Assembly: GCA_043812655.1 (NCBI GenBank)
Contig: JBDRLW010000030.1
Location: 39,829-103,828 of the forward strand
From: a bacterium
GTDB lineage: Bacteria; Margulisbacteria; WOR-1; O2-12-FULL-45-9; XYB2-FULL-48-7
DNA length: 64,000 bases
Reading direction: 5' to 3'
A model generated the notes under the pieces. That model saw only the letters and a list, made by a program, of their open reading frames with translations, did no database searches and was not told the DNA's origin. This document shows, one piece after another, positions 1-8,244 of the stretch; position 1 is the first letter of the stretch; each line of letters begins with the position of its first letter. The translations under genes and the position numbers were made by a program.

Positions 1-183
1 ACAGCGATGAAGGTCACTATCGACTCCATTCAAATCCTTGGAGGATATGGCTATATGAAAGAATATCCCGTGGAAAAAATGGCCCGGGACGCCAAGATCA
101 CCCAGATCTACGAGGGGACCAACCAGATCCAGCGTAACCAGATCGGCTTGGCGCTAATCAAGGAAAGCGTTTCGAATAAGTAA
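1..183 (+). CDS. acyl-CoA dehydrogenase, C-terminal fragment (5' end lies outside the window)
   Basis: Frame-1 translation ...[38 protein letters not shown]... matches the conserved ACAD C-terminal helix. etfB/etfA lie downstream, the usual Bcd/EtfAB arrangement. Confidence 0.75.
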   Translation, partial: TAMKVTIDSIQILGGYGYMKEYPVEKMARDAKITQIYEGTNQIQRNQIGLALIKESVSNK

Positions 184-717
184 GAATGAGCCCTATATTA
201 AAACTAAAGAAGCCTAATGAAAATAAAGAGATCCAGTTTGAGCTTGATTATTTATCGTCTACTTCCTATCATGCCCGCTTGGAAATAATGCTCAAGGCGT
301 CAAAGCATGCCTTATCGGTGTTAATAAAAAATGGGCATCTAAAACCTTCTGAAATTATTAAACGCAAAAAATGAAAAAGGCGGCTGGCCGAGAAAAAGAT
401 AAAGAAGATTTGAAGTACCTCAAGAAATTAAAATAAATATTTTTTGACTAAGAGCCCCCTCCGCTGATAAAGTTTCCATTTTTAGTCCAAACATGGAATA
501 AGTGCTTCTAATTTTGGACTTATCCTTCTCTAGGTGGACAAGAGTCACTCAGCAGAGACGGCATATCGATTGAGCCAACTAAAACATTTCTAATAAGATT
601 TAACTAATTATAGAGAGCGTTTCAAGCAATCAACAATTTCGATTATTAAAATTAAAGAAGCCAACTGTAGTTTAACAATCAGCTTTCAAGCGCTATCTTT
701 TTGTTTAGGCTACGTCA

Positions 718-1407
718 TCACCTTTTTTTCCAAAGGTCTTTTGCCCATTGAGGAAGGCCACCCATAGGAGTTAAAATTATCTTGGCTCGTGGCACATTTA
801 ATTCCTCATATTCTTCAAGGCTACTTCCAGCCATTAAACTAAAATACGCACAATTTTTAAGTGCTGCCTCCCTTAATTCGATTGGGTACTCCAAAAATCC
901 ATGTTCGAAGCCGCCCTTTCTGAAGTTTGGATCATCATAATCTACCTTGATCTCTGTCATCCTTTGTAGCCAGACAGGCATTTTTTCTCTTGCCTCACAA
1001 AACAACTTTTCCGCCAATTTCTTTTGTTCCGAAGTTAGCTCCATTTTCTCAACTGGAATTTGGTAAATCCATGATTCACGCTCTTCAAGCGGATAACTTG
1101 TTCTATCATTAAAGGGCCTTACTGCATACCCACCTAATCCCCCTAGAAAGGGAAGTTTTCTTCGATAATTTTCATTAAGCGTTTTTAAATAACCATAAAA
1201 AACCAATTGTTGGTCAAAAAACCCTTCCGTCCTCTCTGGGTTAAAGCTAAATCTGCTTCCTATTCCGGCAACTTTTGTATGGCCTTCTTTCCCTCGCATT
1301 CGAATAAATCCAAATAAACCCATCGCCTCATCTGTAGTCGCCCTAATCGTAAACCTTTTAGCCTTTTTTGTGCTGACCATTACTCTCATTTTAAGCCCTC
1401 CCTTCAA
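718..1407 (-). CDS. hypothetical protein (229 aa) within a low-GC insert; family not recognised
   Basis: Long ORF in an AT-rich segment that interrupts the acad-etfB junction. No motif I can assign (no HExxH, no Walker motif). Transcribed divergently from the poly-C promoter module. Confidence 0.45.
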   Translation of the reverse strand: MKGGLKMRVMVSTKKAKRFTIRATTDEAMGLFGFIRMRGKEGHTKVAGIGSRFSFNPERTEGFFDQQLVFYGYLKTLNENYRRKLPFLGGLGGYAVRPFNDRTSYPLEERESWIYQIPVEKMELTSEQKKLAEKLFCEAREKMPVWLQRMTEIKVDYDDPNFRKGGFEHGFLEYPIELREAALKNCAYFSLMAGSSLEEYEELNVPRAKIILTPMGGLPQWAKDLWKKR

Positions 1408-1455
1408 ACAAGCTCGATCCTTCTACTTCCTATATTTCTACATATATATCGTTAT

Positions 1456-1490
1456 CCCCCCCCCCCCGAAATTTCACTCTTTTAGAAAAT
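1456..1490. repeat. C12 homopolymer plus GAAATTTCACTCTTTTAGAAA module (copy A)
   Basis: The sequence at 1456-1490 closely matches 4162-4200. Both sit in divergent promoter regions. Confidence 0.6.
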
Positions 1491-1518
1491 AATTTTTTAT
1501 GATAAAATATACAAGTCA

Positions 1519-2301
1519 ATGGATATTATTGTTTGTATTAAACAGGTCCCCGATACTACCGAGGTAAGAATAAACCCAGAGACCAACACCCTCATCCGGG
1601 ATGGCGTCCCTTCTATTGTTAATCCTTTTGATGAAAACGCGATCGAAGCCGCGCTACAATTAAAAGAAAAGCATGGCGGTAAAGTTACCGTTGTCTCCAT
1701 GGGGCCGCCGCAAGCGGCTGAAGCGTTAAAAACCACGATCGCAATGGGTGTGGACGAGGCTTTTCTTGTTTCCGACCGCGCTTTTGCCGGCTCGGACACC
1801 TGGGCTACTTCTTATACCTTATCTCAAGCGATCAAAAAGATCGGCAAATTCGATCTGATCATCTGCGGTAAACAGGCGATCGACGGCGACACCGCTCAAG
1901 TCGGCCCTGGTATTGCTGAATGGCTGAATATTCCTCAAGTCACCTTCGCTTCAAAGATCGAAGTTGAAGGAACAACGTGTAAGATTGAAAGATTGCTCGA
2001 AGAAGTTAACGAGGTTGTTGAGTGCCCGCTTCCTGCCGTCATAACCGTTGTAAAACAGATCAATGAACCCCGCCTCCCTTCACTGAAAGGGATGATGCGG
2101 GCAAAAAAAGCGGAAATTAAAACCTTGTCAGCTGCTGCCATCGAAGGAGATGAGAAAAATTTGGGACTTAAGGGCTCTCCCACCTCAGTGGTTAAGATTT
2201 TTACCCCTCCAGCCAAAGGCGGGGGAGAAATTTTAAATGGTGATGCTGGTGAAGTAGTTGGTTTGTTAGTTAGTAAGTTGAAAGAGAGAAAGATCATATA
2301 G
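1519..2301 (+). CDS. etfB: electron transfer flavoprotein beta subunit
   Basis: N-terminus MDIIVCIKQVPDTTEVRINPETNTL... is the canonical EtfB N-terminus. 260 aa. Confidence 0.92.
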   Translation: MDIIVCIKQVPDTTEVRINPETNTLIRDGVPSIVNPFDENAIEAALQLKEKHGGKVTVVSMGPPQAAEALKTTIAMGVDEAFLVSDRAFAGSDTWATSYTLSQAIKKIGKFDLIICGKQAIDGDTAQVGPGIAEWLNIPQVTFASKIEVEGTTCKIERLLEEVNEVVECPLPAVITVVKQINEPRLPSLKGMMRAKKAEIKTLSAAAIEGDEKNLGLKGSPTSVVKIFTPPAKGGGEILNGDAGEVVGLLVSKLKERKII

Positions 2302-2391
2302 GAACCTGAGAATAAATTCTCGGTTCCTTAGTGTAAATCTGTAGAATTAATTCTACAGATTTATTAATAACCGCGAATTCATTCGCAGGTT
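2301..2391. promoter_or_regulatory. three palindromes in the etfB-etfA intergenic region: GGAACCTGAGAAT-AA-ATTCTCGGTTCC, a 28-bp perfect palindrome AAATCTGTAGAATTAATTCTACAGATTT, and AACCGCGAATTCATTCGCAGGTT
   Basis: Read directly from the sequence. A related element, AACCCGAGAATGAATTCGCGGTTCC, lies between fabD and fabG. Confidence 0.45.
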
Positions 2392-2409
2392 TATTGGAGA
2401 TTATTATAG

Positions 2410-3645
2410 ATGAGCATCAAAATTTTATTGGATAAATGTACCGGTTGTACACTTTGCGTTAAAGCTTGCCCGTTTGCAGCCATCTCGATGATCGATCGGC
2501 CAGCAACAGCTCCAGGCAAGGGTAAAAAGGTCGCTGAAATTAATTTAGATACCTGCACGCTTTGCGGTGCTTGCGTTGAATCTTGTAAGTTTGACGCTAT
2601 TGAGTTAAAGAAGGAACTCGGCGGCGCGGACAAAGACCTTTCACATTATAAAGGGGTTTGGGTCTTTGCTGAACAGCGCGAAGGAAAAGTCCAGTCGGTC
2701 GCCTACGAACTGCTGACCGAAGGGAAAAAGCTGGCGGCAGAGCTAAAGACCGAAGTGGCCGCCGTTCTCCTTGGCGACCAGAACATTGAAGAAGAAGTTG
2801 ATCATCTTTTCAGCTACGGCGCTGATAAGGTCTATTTAATCACTCATGTTGACTTGAAACATTACCACACCGCTCCTTATACTCGCTCACTGGGTGAAGC
2901 GATCATCAAATATAAACCAGAGGTTATGCTCCTGGGGGCGACCACGATGGGAAGAGACCTGGCCGCCCGCCTGGCGATCAGGGTTGGCGCTGGCCTGACC
3001 GCCGACTGCACCGGCCTGGCGATCGATCCAGTTAAAAAGATCTTACTGCAAACGCGACCCGCTTTTGGCGGCAATATTATGGCGACCATTCAAGCGCCCA
3101 ATCATCGGCCGCAGATGTCGACCGTCAGACCCAAGGTATTCAAGAAAGAAAAGGTTGCCAACCCCAAACCCGCGGCTGGCAATGTCATTAAATTCATCCC
3201 GGTCATTAAACCGGAGGACCTGATCGTTAAACTCCTGGAAATAATTGAAGATGAGAGCGTCAAGGTCAATCTGGCGGACGCCGAGATCATTGTTTCCGGC
3301 GGCCGGGGACTTGGAGAAGCCAAGAATTTTAAGCTGGTTGAAGAGCTGGCGGCCGTTTTAGGCGGCGCGGTCGGCGCTTCGCGGGCAACCGTTGACGCCG
3401 GTTGGATTTCTGCCCACCACCAAGTTGGTCAAACCGGGAAAACTGTCTCGCCCAAACTCTACATCGCCTGCGGCATCGCCGGTAAAATTCAGCATTTGGC
3501 CGGGATGCAATCATCGGATACGATCGTAGCGATCAACAAAGATCCCGACGCGCCGATATTTAAGGTTGCGACTTATGGCATTGTTGGGGATCTTTTTGAA
3601 TATGTGCCGCTATTGACCAGCAAAATTAAAGAAGCAAGAGCATAA
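2410..3645 (+). CDS. etfA: electron transfer flavoprotein alpha subunit with an N-terminal 2x[4Fe-4S] ferredoxin domain
   Basis: CTGCTLCVKACP and CTLCGACVESCKF cluster motifs within the first 65 aa, followed by a typical EtfA/FixB body (…ACGISGAIQH-like GIAGKIQHLAGM…). Confidence 0.9.
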   Translation: MSIKILLDKCTGCTLCVKACPFAAISMIDRPATAPGKGKKVAEINLDTCTLCGACVESCKFDAIELKKELGGADKDLSHYKGVWVFAEQREGKVQSVAYELLTEGKKLAAELKTEVAAVLLGDQNIEEEVDHLFSYGADKVYLITHVDLKHYHTAPYTRSLGEAIIKYKPEVMLLGATTMGRDLAARLAIRVGAGLTADCTGLAIDPVKKILLQTRPAFGGNIMATIQAPNHRPQMSTVRPKVFKKEKVANPKPAAGNVIKFIPVIKPEDLIVKLLEIIEDESVKVNLADAEIIVSGGRGLGEAKNFKLVEELAAVLGGAVGASRATVDAGWISAHHQVGQTGKTVSPKLYIACGIAGKIQHLAGMQSSDTIVAINKDPDAPIFKVATYGIVGDLFEYVPLLTSKIKEARA

Positions 3646-3743
3646 ACCGGAAATGCCAATTTGGCGTCTCCAATAAGGCTCATTGCCTTCTCGATAGTAT
3701 CAGATAATACTATACTATTATTTAACTTTCTTCTCCTATCTGA

Positions 3744-4070
3744 TTAGTTTTGCTTTTTTAAATTTCTTCTTGTTTCATAGGTGTAGAGGTGCTGACTGGA
3801 CCTGTTATTTACAATCTTAAGGGCTTCTTCTAAGGTGATGTTATCCGCCACATGACCAACAATAGCAAAAAGCTTTTCATTTGGTCCTCGGAGAGCGTTA
3901 ATAGCGCTTACTGACGTAGGCAGCTGATTAACCATTACAAGCCTATCAACCGCCGGAATACGTCGCTCGCTTGTATTTCTGAGGTAGCCCTTATTATCAT
4001 CTTGCCAACAACCCTTCTTTCGAATAGTAACCCCGGTTCGAAATTGTCGAAATATTATTCCTGTTTTCAT
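3744..4070 (-). CDS. hypothetical protein (108 aa) within a low-GC insert
   Basis: ORF lies downstream of the second poly-C module. Family not recognised. Confidence 0.35.
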   Translation of the reverse strand: MKTGIIFRQFRTGVTIRKKGCWQDDNKGYLRNTSERRIPAVDRLVMVNQLPTSVSAINALRGPNEKLFAIVGHVADNITLEEALKIVNNRSSQHLYTYETRRNLKKQN

Positions 4071-4161
4071 AATCCAACCCCCTTATATATTTCATTTTTA
4101 ATAAGTTCGAATATCGACCTTTACCAATATAGTTATTCAAACCTTTACTATACCTATATCG

Positions 4162-4218
4162 CCCCCCCCCCCCGCAGAAAATTTCACCCTATTTTGAAAT
4201 CGCGGTTTTTGGTATAAT
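4162..4218. promoter_or_regulatory. C12 homopolymer plus GCAGAAAATTTCACCCTATTTTGAAAT module (copy B), with an extended -10 (TGGTATAAT at 4210-4218)
   Basis: Second copy of the module seen at 1456-1490. A TGnTATAAT element lies about 130 nt upstream of the 4350 ORF. Confidence 0.5.
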
Positions 4219-4349
4219 TATTAAGTTGTGATGGAGCGGCCACTAGAAAATAAAAAAGTCGGACAATGTCTGACTAATTTTCCCGGAACAGAAATTCCAG
4301 ACGGTGTCTGGATTTTTTCCTATCCTTATAATTTTGTTAAAGGACAATA

Positions 4350-5372
4350 ATGGCAAAAGTCACCAAACATAAAGGATTTCAGCAATTAGTCGTTAAAATT
4401 GGAGATATCCTTTCTCTATCCCGATCTCAAGCAGTTAGACAAGTAAACCAACTTCTGGTAAAAACCTATTGGGAGATTGGGAAGGAAATCGTTGAGTTTG
4501 CACAAAAAGGCAAAGAAAAAGCCGATTATGGGGAGGCCCTTCTTGAGGCATTGTCCAAAGATCTTACTCTAAAATATGGCAAGGGCTTCACGCCAAGCGG
4601 GCTCCGTCGCATGAGACAATTTTATTTAGCATATCCAATCTGTGCGACACTGTCGCACGAATTAAGCTGGTCTCATTATTGTTTACTTGTTGCCGTCAGT
4701 AACCCTAATGGCAGGGCTTTTTATGAAAAAGAAACCATTAATGCCAAGTGGTCGATAAGACAGCTTGATCGCCAGATTAATTCCATGCTTTACGAGCGGC
4801 TGGCTTTAAGCAAAGATAAAAAAGGCGTCCTATTGCTTGCTAATAAAGGACTTGAGATTGAAAGACCCGAAGATGCCGTAAAAGATCCCTATGTTTTAGA
4901 ATTCCTTGGTCTTCCAGAAAACGTCAAGCTGTCTGAATCTAAGCTGGAATCGTCCTTAATTGAACACTTAAAAAGTTTTCTTCTCGAGTTGGGCAAAGGC
5001 TTTAGTTTTGTGGAAAGGCAAAAAAGGATTTCCATGAATAATGAGCATTTTTATGTTGACCTGGTTTTTTATAACATCTTTTTAAAGTGTTATGTTTTAA
5101 TTGACTTAAAAACCAGAAAACTAAGACATGAAGATGCTGGACAAATGAACTTTTATCTTAACTATTTCAAAAAAGAAATAAACCGAGAAGGAGACGGCGA
5201 GCCGATAGGGATAATTCTCTGCGCAGAAAAAGACAAGACCTTTGCCGAGTTTGTAATGGGGGGGCTGTCAAACAAGCTCTTTACTTCAAAATACAAATTA
5301 GCTCTACCTAAACCTAAGGAACTTCAGAACGAAATTGCTCAAACTATTTCAACGCTTCGCCTGAAAGGATAA
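4350..5372 (+). CDS. YhcG/DUF1016-family PD-(D/E)XK nuclease domain protein
   Basis: C-terminal ...FYVDLVFYNIFLKCYVLIDLKTRKLRHEDAGQMNFYLNYF... is characteristic of the DUF1016 (YhcG) PDDEXK core. Lower GC than its neighbours. Its stop is 4 nt before the fabD start. Confidence 0.7.
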   Translation: MAKVTKHKGFQQLVVKIGDILSLSRSQAVRQVNQLLVKTYWEIGKEIVEFAQKGKEKADYGEALLEALSKDLTLKYGKGFTPSGLRRMRQFYLAYPICATLSHELSWSHYCLLVAVSNPNGRAFYEKETINAKWSIRQLDRQINSMLYERLALSKDKKGVLLLANKGLEIERPEDAVKDPYVLEFLGLPENVKLSESKLESSLIEHLKSFLLELGKGFSFVERQKRISMNNEHFYVDLVFYNIFLKCYVLIDLKTRKLRHEDAGQMNFYLNYFKKEINREGDGEPIGIILCAEKDKTFAEFVMGGLSNKLFTSKYKLALPKPKELQNEIAQTISTLRLKG

Positions 5373-5375
5373 ATC

Positions 5376-6245
5376 ATGACAACCGCATTTGTTTTCCCGG
5401 GCCAGGGGTCGCAGTCAGTGGGGATGGGCATAGATCTGGCCGAAAAATATCTGGACCAAGCCAATCAAATCCTCGGCTTTGACCTCAGGAAGATCGTCCT
5501 CGAAGGACCGGAAGAAGAACTCAAACAGACCGCCATAACTCAACCAGCGATATTCGTCATCTCGGTTGCGATGTGCGAAACGTTACGCGAAAAGGGAGTT
5601 GCGTTTGAGTCAGTTGCCGGTCATAGTCTCGGCGAATATTCCGCGCTTTACGCCGCGGGAGTTATCTCTTTTGAGGATGCGGTAAAAACAGTTAGCCTCC
5701 GAGGAAAATTCATGCAAGAAGCAGTTCCAGCCGGAGTTGGCGCCATGGCGGCCTTACTCGGTGGAGACCGAAAAGCTATCGCCGATATCTGCGCCGAAGT
5801 TGGCAACGTTTGGCCCGCCAATTTTAATTCGCCTGGTCAAGTTGTCATCTCCGGCACCAAAGACGGCGTTGAAAAAGCGGGTGAGAAGCTGAAGGCCGCT
5901 GGAGTAAAGAAAATTATTCCTTTGGCCGTTTCTGCCCCTTTCCATTGCCCACTTATGCAGCCGGCTGCCGATAAATTAGCCGGAGTTCTTGATAATATTA
6001 AATTCAATGACGCAGCAATCCCAATTTATGCCAACGTCACCGCTTCGCCGGTTACCAGCGCGGCGGAAATTAAAAAACTTTTGATCAAACAAGTTACCGC
6101 CTCGGTTCTGTGGGATGATACAATTAATAAGATGATTGCTGATGGGGTTAATAGTTTCATTGAAGTTGGGCCGGGAAAAGTTTTGACGGGATTGATCAAG
6201 AAGATTAGTCCGAGTGTTGAAGTAAAACCATTTATAGATGTTTAA
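5376..6245 (+). CDS. fabD: malonyl-CoA:ACP transacylase
   Basis: FVFPGQGSQ and GHSLGEYSA motifs. Confidence 0.92.
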   Translation: MTTAFVFPGQGSQSVGMGIDLAEKYLDQANQILGFDLRKIVLEGPEEELKQTAITQPAIFVISVAMCETLREKGVAFESVAGHSLGEYSALYAAGVISFEDAVKTVSLRGKFMQEAVPAGVGAMAALLGGDRKAIADICAEVGNVWPANFNSPGQVVISGTKDGVEKAGEKLKAAGVKKIIPLAVSAPFHCPLMQPAADKLAGVLDNIKFNDAAIPIYANVTASPVTSAAEIKKLLIKQVTASVLWDDTINKMIADGVNSFIEVGPGKVLTGLIKKISPSVEVKPFIDV

Positions 6246-6248
6246 TTA

Positions 6249-6272
6249 ACCCGAGAATGAATTCGCGGTTCC
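6249..6272. promoter_or_regulatory. palindromic element AACCCGAGAATGAATTCGCGGTTCC, related to the etfB-etfA palindromes
   Basis: Shares GAGAAT / ATTC(G)CGGTTCC half-sites with 2301-2327 and 2369-2391. Confidence 0.4.
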
Positions 6273-6292
6273 TTTAAACAGGAGGTTCGCAT

Positions 6293-7033
6293 ATGATTCT
6301 TAAAGACAAGGTCGCGTTTGTGACGGGATCGGCTCAAGGGATCGGGAAGGCGGTCGCAATAGCTCTGGCCAAAGAAGGAGCAATCGTCGTTATTTCAGAT
6401 ATCAACCTTGAGCTCGCTACCCAAACGGCAAAAGAAATTGAAGTGCTTGGGGTAAAAACCTTAGCCGTTAAAACGAATGTCGCCGACCTGGCCGACGTGG
6501 AAAAATCGGCGGAAGAGATCACTAAAGTTTTTGGCCGGATCGACATCCTCGTTAACAATGCCGGCATCACTAAAGATGGCCTATTGATCCGAATGAAAAA
6601 AGAAGATTGGGACGCGGTCATCGGCGTTAACTTAACCGGTGTTTTCAATTGCACAAAAGTAGTTTCGACCTTGATGATGAAGCAACGTTACGGTAAAATA
6701 GTAAGCATTGCCAGCATAGTTGGCCAGATGGGAAATGCTGGTCAGGCTAATTATGCGGCGAGTAAAGGGGGCGTTATCGCTTTTACGAAAACGGTGGCCA
6801 AGGAATTGGCTTCACGCAACGTAACGGCCAACGCCATAGCCCCAGGGTTTATCCAAACAGCAATGACGGATAAGCTTTCCGATGAAGTGAAGAAAAAGAT
6901 GATGGAGCAGATTCCGCTGGGCAAGTTGGGGACGCCGGAAGACATCGCTAGTGCGGTAGTCTTTCTCTCCAGCCCAGCAGCGGATTATATAACCGGTCAA
7001 ATTCTCGCCGTCAACGGCGGAATGTACATGTAA
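6293..7033 (+). CDS. fabG: 3-oxoacyl-ACP reductase
   Basis: SDR family with TGSAQGIGKA Rossmann motif and the NAG...YAASK catalytic region. Sits inside the fab cluster. Confidence 0.9.
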   Translation: MILKDKVAFVTGSAQGIGKAVAIALAKEGAIVVISDINLELATQTAKEIEVLGVKTLAVKTNVADLADVEKSAEEITKVFGRIDILVNNAGITKDGLLIRMKKEDWDAVIGVNLTGVFNCTKVVSTLMMKQRYGKIVSIASIVGQMGNAGQANYAASKGGVIAFTKTVAKELASRNVTANAIAPGFIQTAMTDKLSDEVKKKMMEQIPLGKLGTPEDIASAVVFLSSPAADYITGQILAVNGGMYM

Positions 7034-7045
7034 GGGGGTGAAGTA

Positions 7046-7288
7046 ATGGACGAACAGCAGATATTTGAACAAGTTAAGAAGGTCGTGGTCGAACAATTAG
7101 GCGTAGCCGAATCAGAGATCAAAAAAGAATCGTCGTTTGTCGATGATCTAGGCGCCGATTCGCTCGACACGGTTGAACTAGTCATGGCTCTTGAAGAATC
7201 TTTTGGTGTTGAGATCCCGGATGAAGACGCCGAAAAGATCAAAACGATCAATGACACAATAAATTATGTAAAGGCACACAAAAAGTAA
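7046..7288 (+). CDS. acpP: acyl carrier protein
   Basis: [18 protein letters not shown] phosphopantetheine-attachment motif. 80 aa. Confidence 0.92.
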   Translation: MDEQQIFEQVKKVVVEQLGVAESEIKKESSFVDDLGADSLDTVELVMALEESFGVEIPDEDAEKIKTINDTINYVKAHKK

Positions 7289-7290
7289 AC

Positions 7291-8244
7291 ATGAAGCTAC
7301 CCCAACTTAAAATAGATGGACTAACGGCTCAAGTCCCGATCATCCAAGGCGGTATGGCCGTTAGGGTTTCAACGGGCCGGCTGGCCGGCGCGGTCGCGGC
7401 GACTGGCGCGATCGGTATTATCGGCGCGTCCGGCATGGCGTTTGACGAGCTCAAAAAAGAGATCGCTATTGCCAGGGAATTAGCCAATGGTGGTTTAGTT
7501 GGGATCAATATTATGTTTGCGGCCAGAGAATTTTGGGGTATTGTGCAAACCGCGATCAAGGAAAAAATCGATCTCATTATTACTGGGGCTGGTTTTTCCC
7601 GAGATATTTTTAAAGCCGGGCTTGATAACAATACCCCTATTCTCCCTATCGTGTCAACCGCCAGGCTGGCAGAAACAGCCGCGCGTCTTGGCGCTTCAGC
7701 GATCGTGGTTGAAGGCAAAGAAGCTGGCGGGCATCTTGGGACCGATCGCTCCATCTGGGATATTTTCCCGGAAGTTAAAAAGGCGGTTAGCCTCCCGGTC
7801 ATCGCCGCCGGTGGTTTAATTAATGGCGAGGAAATCTGCAAGGCTTTTAAAATGGGGGCGGACGGCGTCCAAATTGCGACCCGCTTCGTCCTGGCTGAAG
7901 AATGCAACGTTGCTTTACCTTTTAAGAAGCGGTACCAAACCGCTACCAAAGATGATGTTGTTTTGATCCAGTCCCCTGTTGGTCTCCCTGGGCGGGCGAT
8001 CAAAACAGCCTTAGTCGAAAAAATATTAAGTGGAACGGCACCCAAGCCGGTCGGCTGTGATTTCTGTTTGAAGAAATGTTCCTTAAAATATTGCATTATC
8101 CAGGCTTTAATTAATTCCCAAAAAGGGGATATTGATAACGGCGTGGTTTTTTCCGGTGAATATGTCTGGAAAATAAAAGACCGAACCATTAAACCGACCG
8201 CCGCCATTATGAAAGAACTTTTAGACGAGGTCGCCGCGTGCTAG
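7291..8244 (+). CDS. fabK: enoyl-ACP reductase II (nitronate monooxygenase family)
   Basis: FMN-dependent NMO/FabK fold (IIQGGMA..., GAGF, EGKEAGGH) located between acpP and fabF. Confidence 0.8.
   Translation: MKLPQLKIDGLTAQVPIIQGGMAVRVSTGRLAGAVAATGAIGIIGASGMAFDELKKEIAIARELANGGLVGINIMFAAREFWGIVQTAIKEKIDLIITGAGFSRDIFKAGLDNNTPILPIVSTARLAETAARLGASAIVVEGKEAGGHLGTDRSIWDIFPEVKKAVSLPVIAAGGLINGEEICKAFKMGADGVQIATRFVLAEECNVALPFKKRYQTATKDDVVLIQSPVGLPGRAIKTALVEKILSGTAPKPVGCDFCLKKCSLKYCIIQALINSQKGDIDNGVVFSGEYVWKIKDRTIKPTAAIMKELLDEVAAC

Noticed and set aside
186-437. 62-aa ORF (186-374) plus an adjacent 21-codon frame (375-437) as a functional gene
   Set aside because: The two frames read as one protein only if a nucleotide is removed. 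A 24-bp near-duplicate of its 5' end lies at 637-660, and the region is AT-rich debris. It is best treated as a decayed gene fragment within the insert rather than an intact CDS.
1456-1467. Poly-C tracts as pure sequencing or assembly artefacts
   Set aside because: This cannot be excluded without reads. However, two tracts of identical length embedded in the same conserved 25-nt flanking motif argue that they are real and part of a repeated module.
1497-1799. 100-aa minus-strand ORF overlapping the etfB start
   Set aside because: It overlaps canonical etfB and its translation has no features, so it is spurious.
7329-8207. 292-aa minus-strand ORF antisense to fabK. Similar long antisense ORFs occur at 26387-27355 (in lpxA), 43699-45735 (three ORFs in gyrA), 36383-37159 (antisense to jag), 11298-11822, 20586-21044 and elsewhere.
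   Set aside because: All lie entirely inside strongly supported conserved genes on the opposite strand. They have low-complexity Ser/Pro/Ala/Arg-rich translations typical of GC3-biased antisense frames, and have no RBS and no recognisable motifs.
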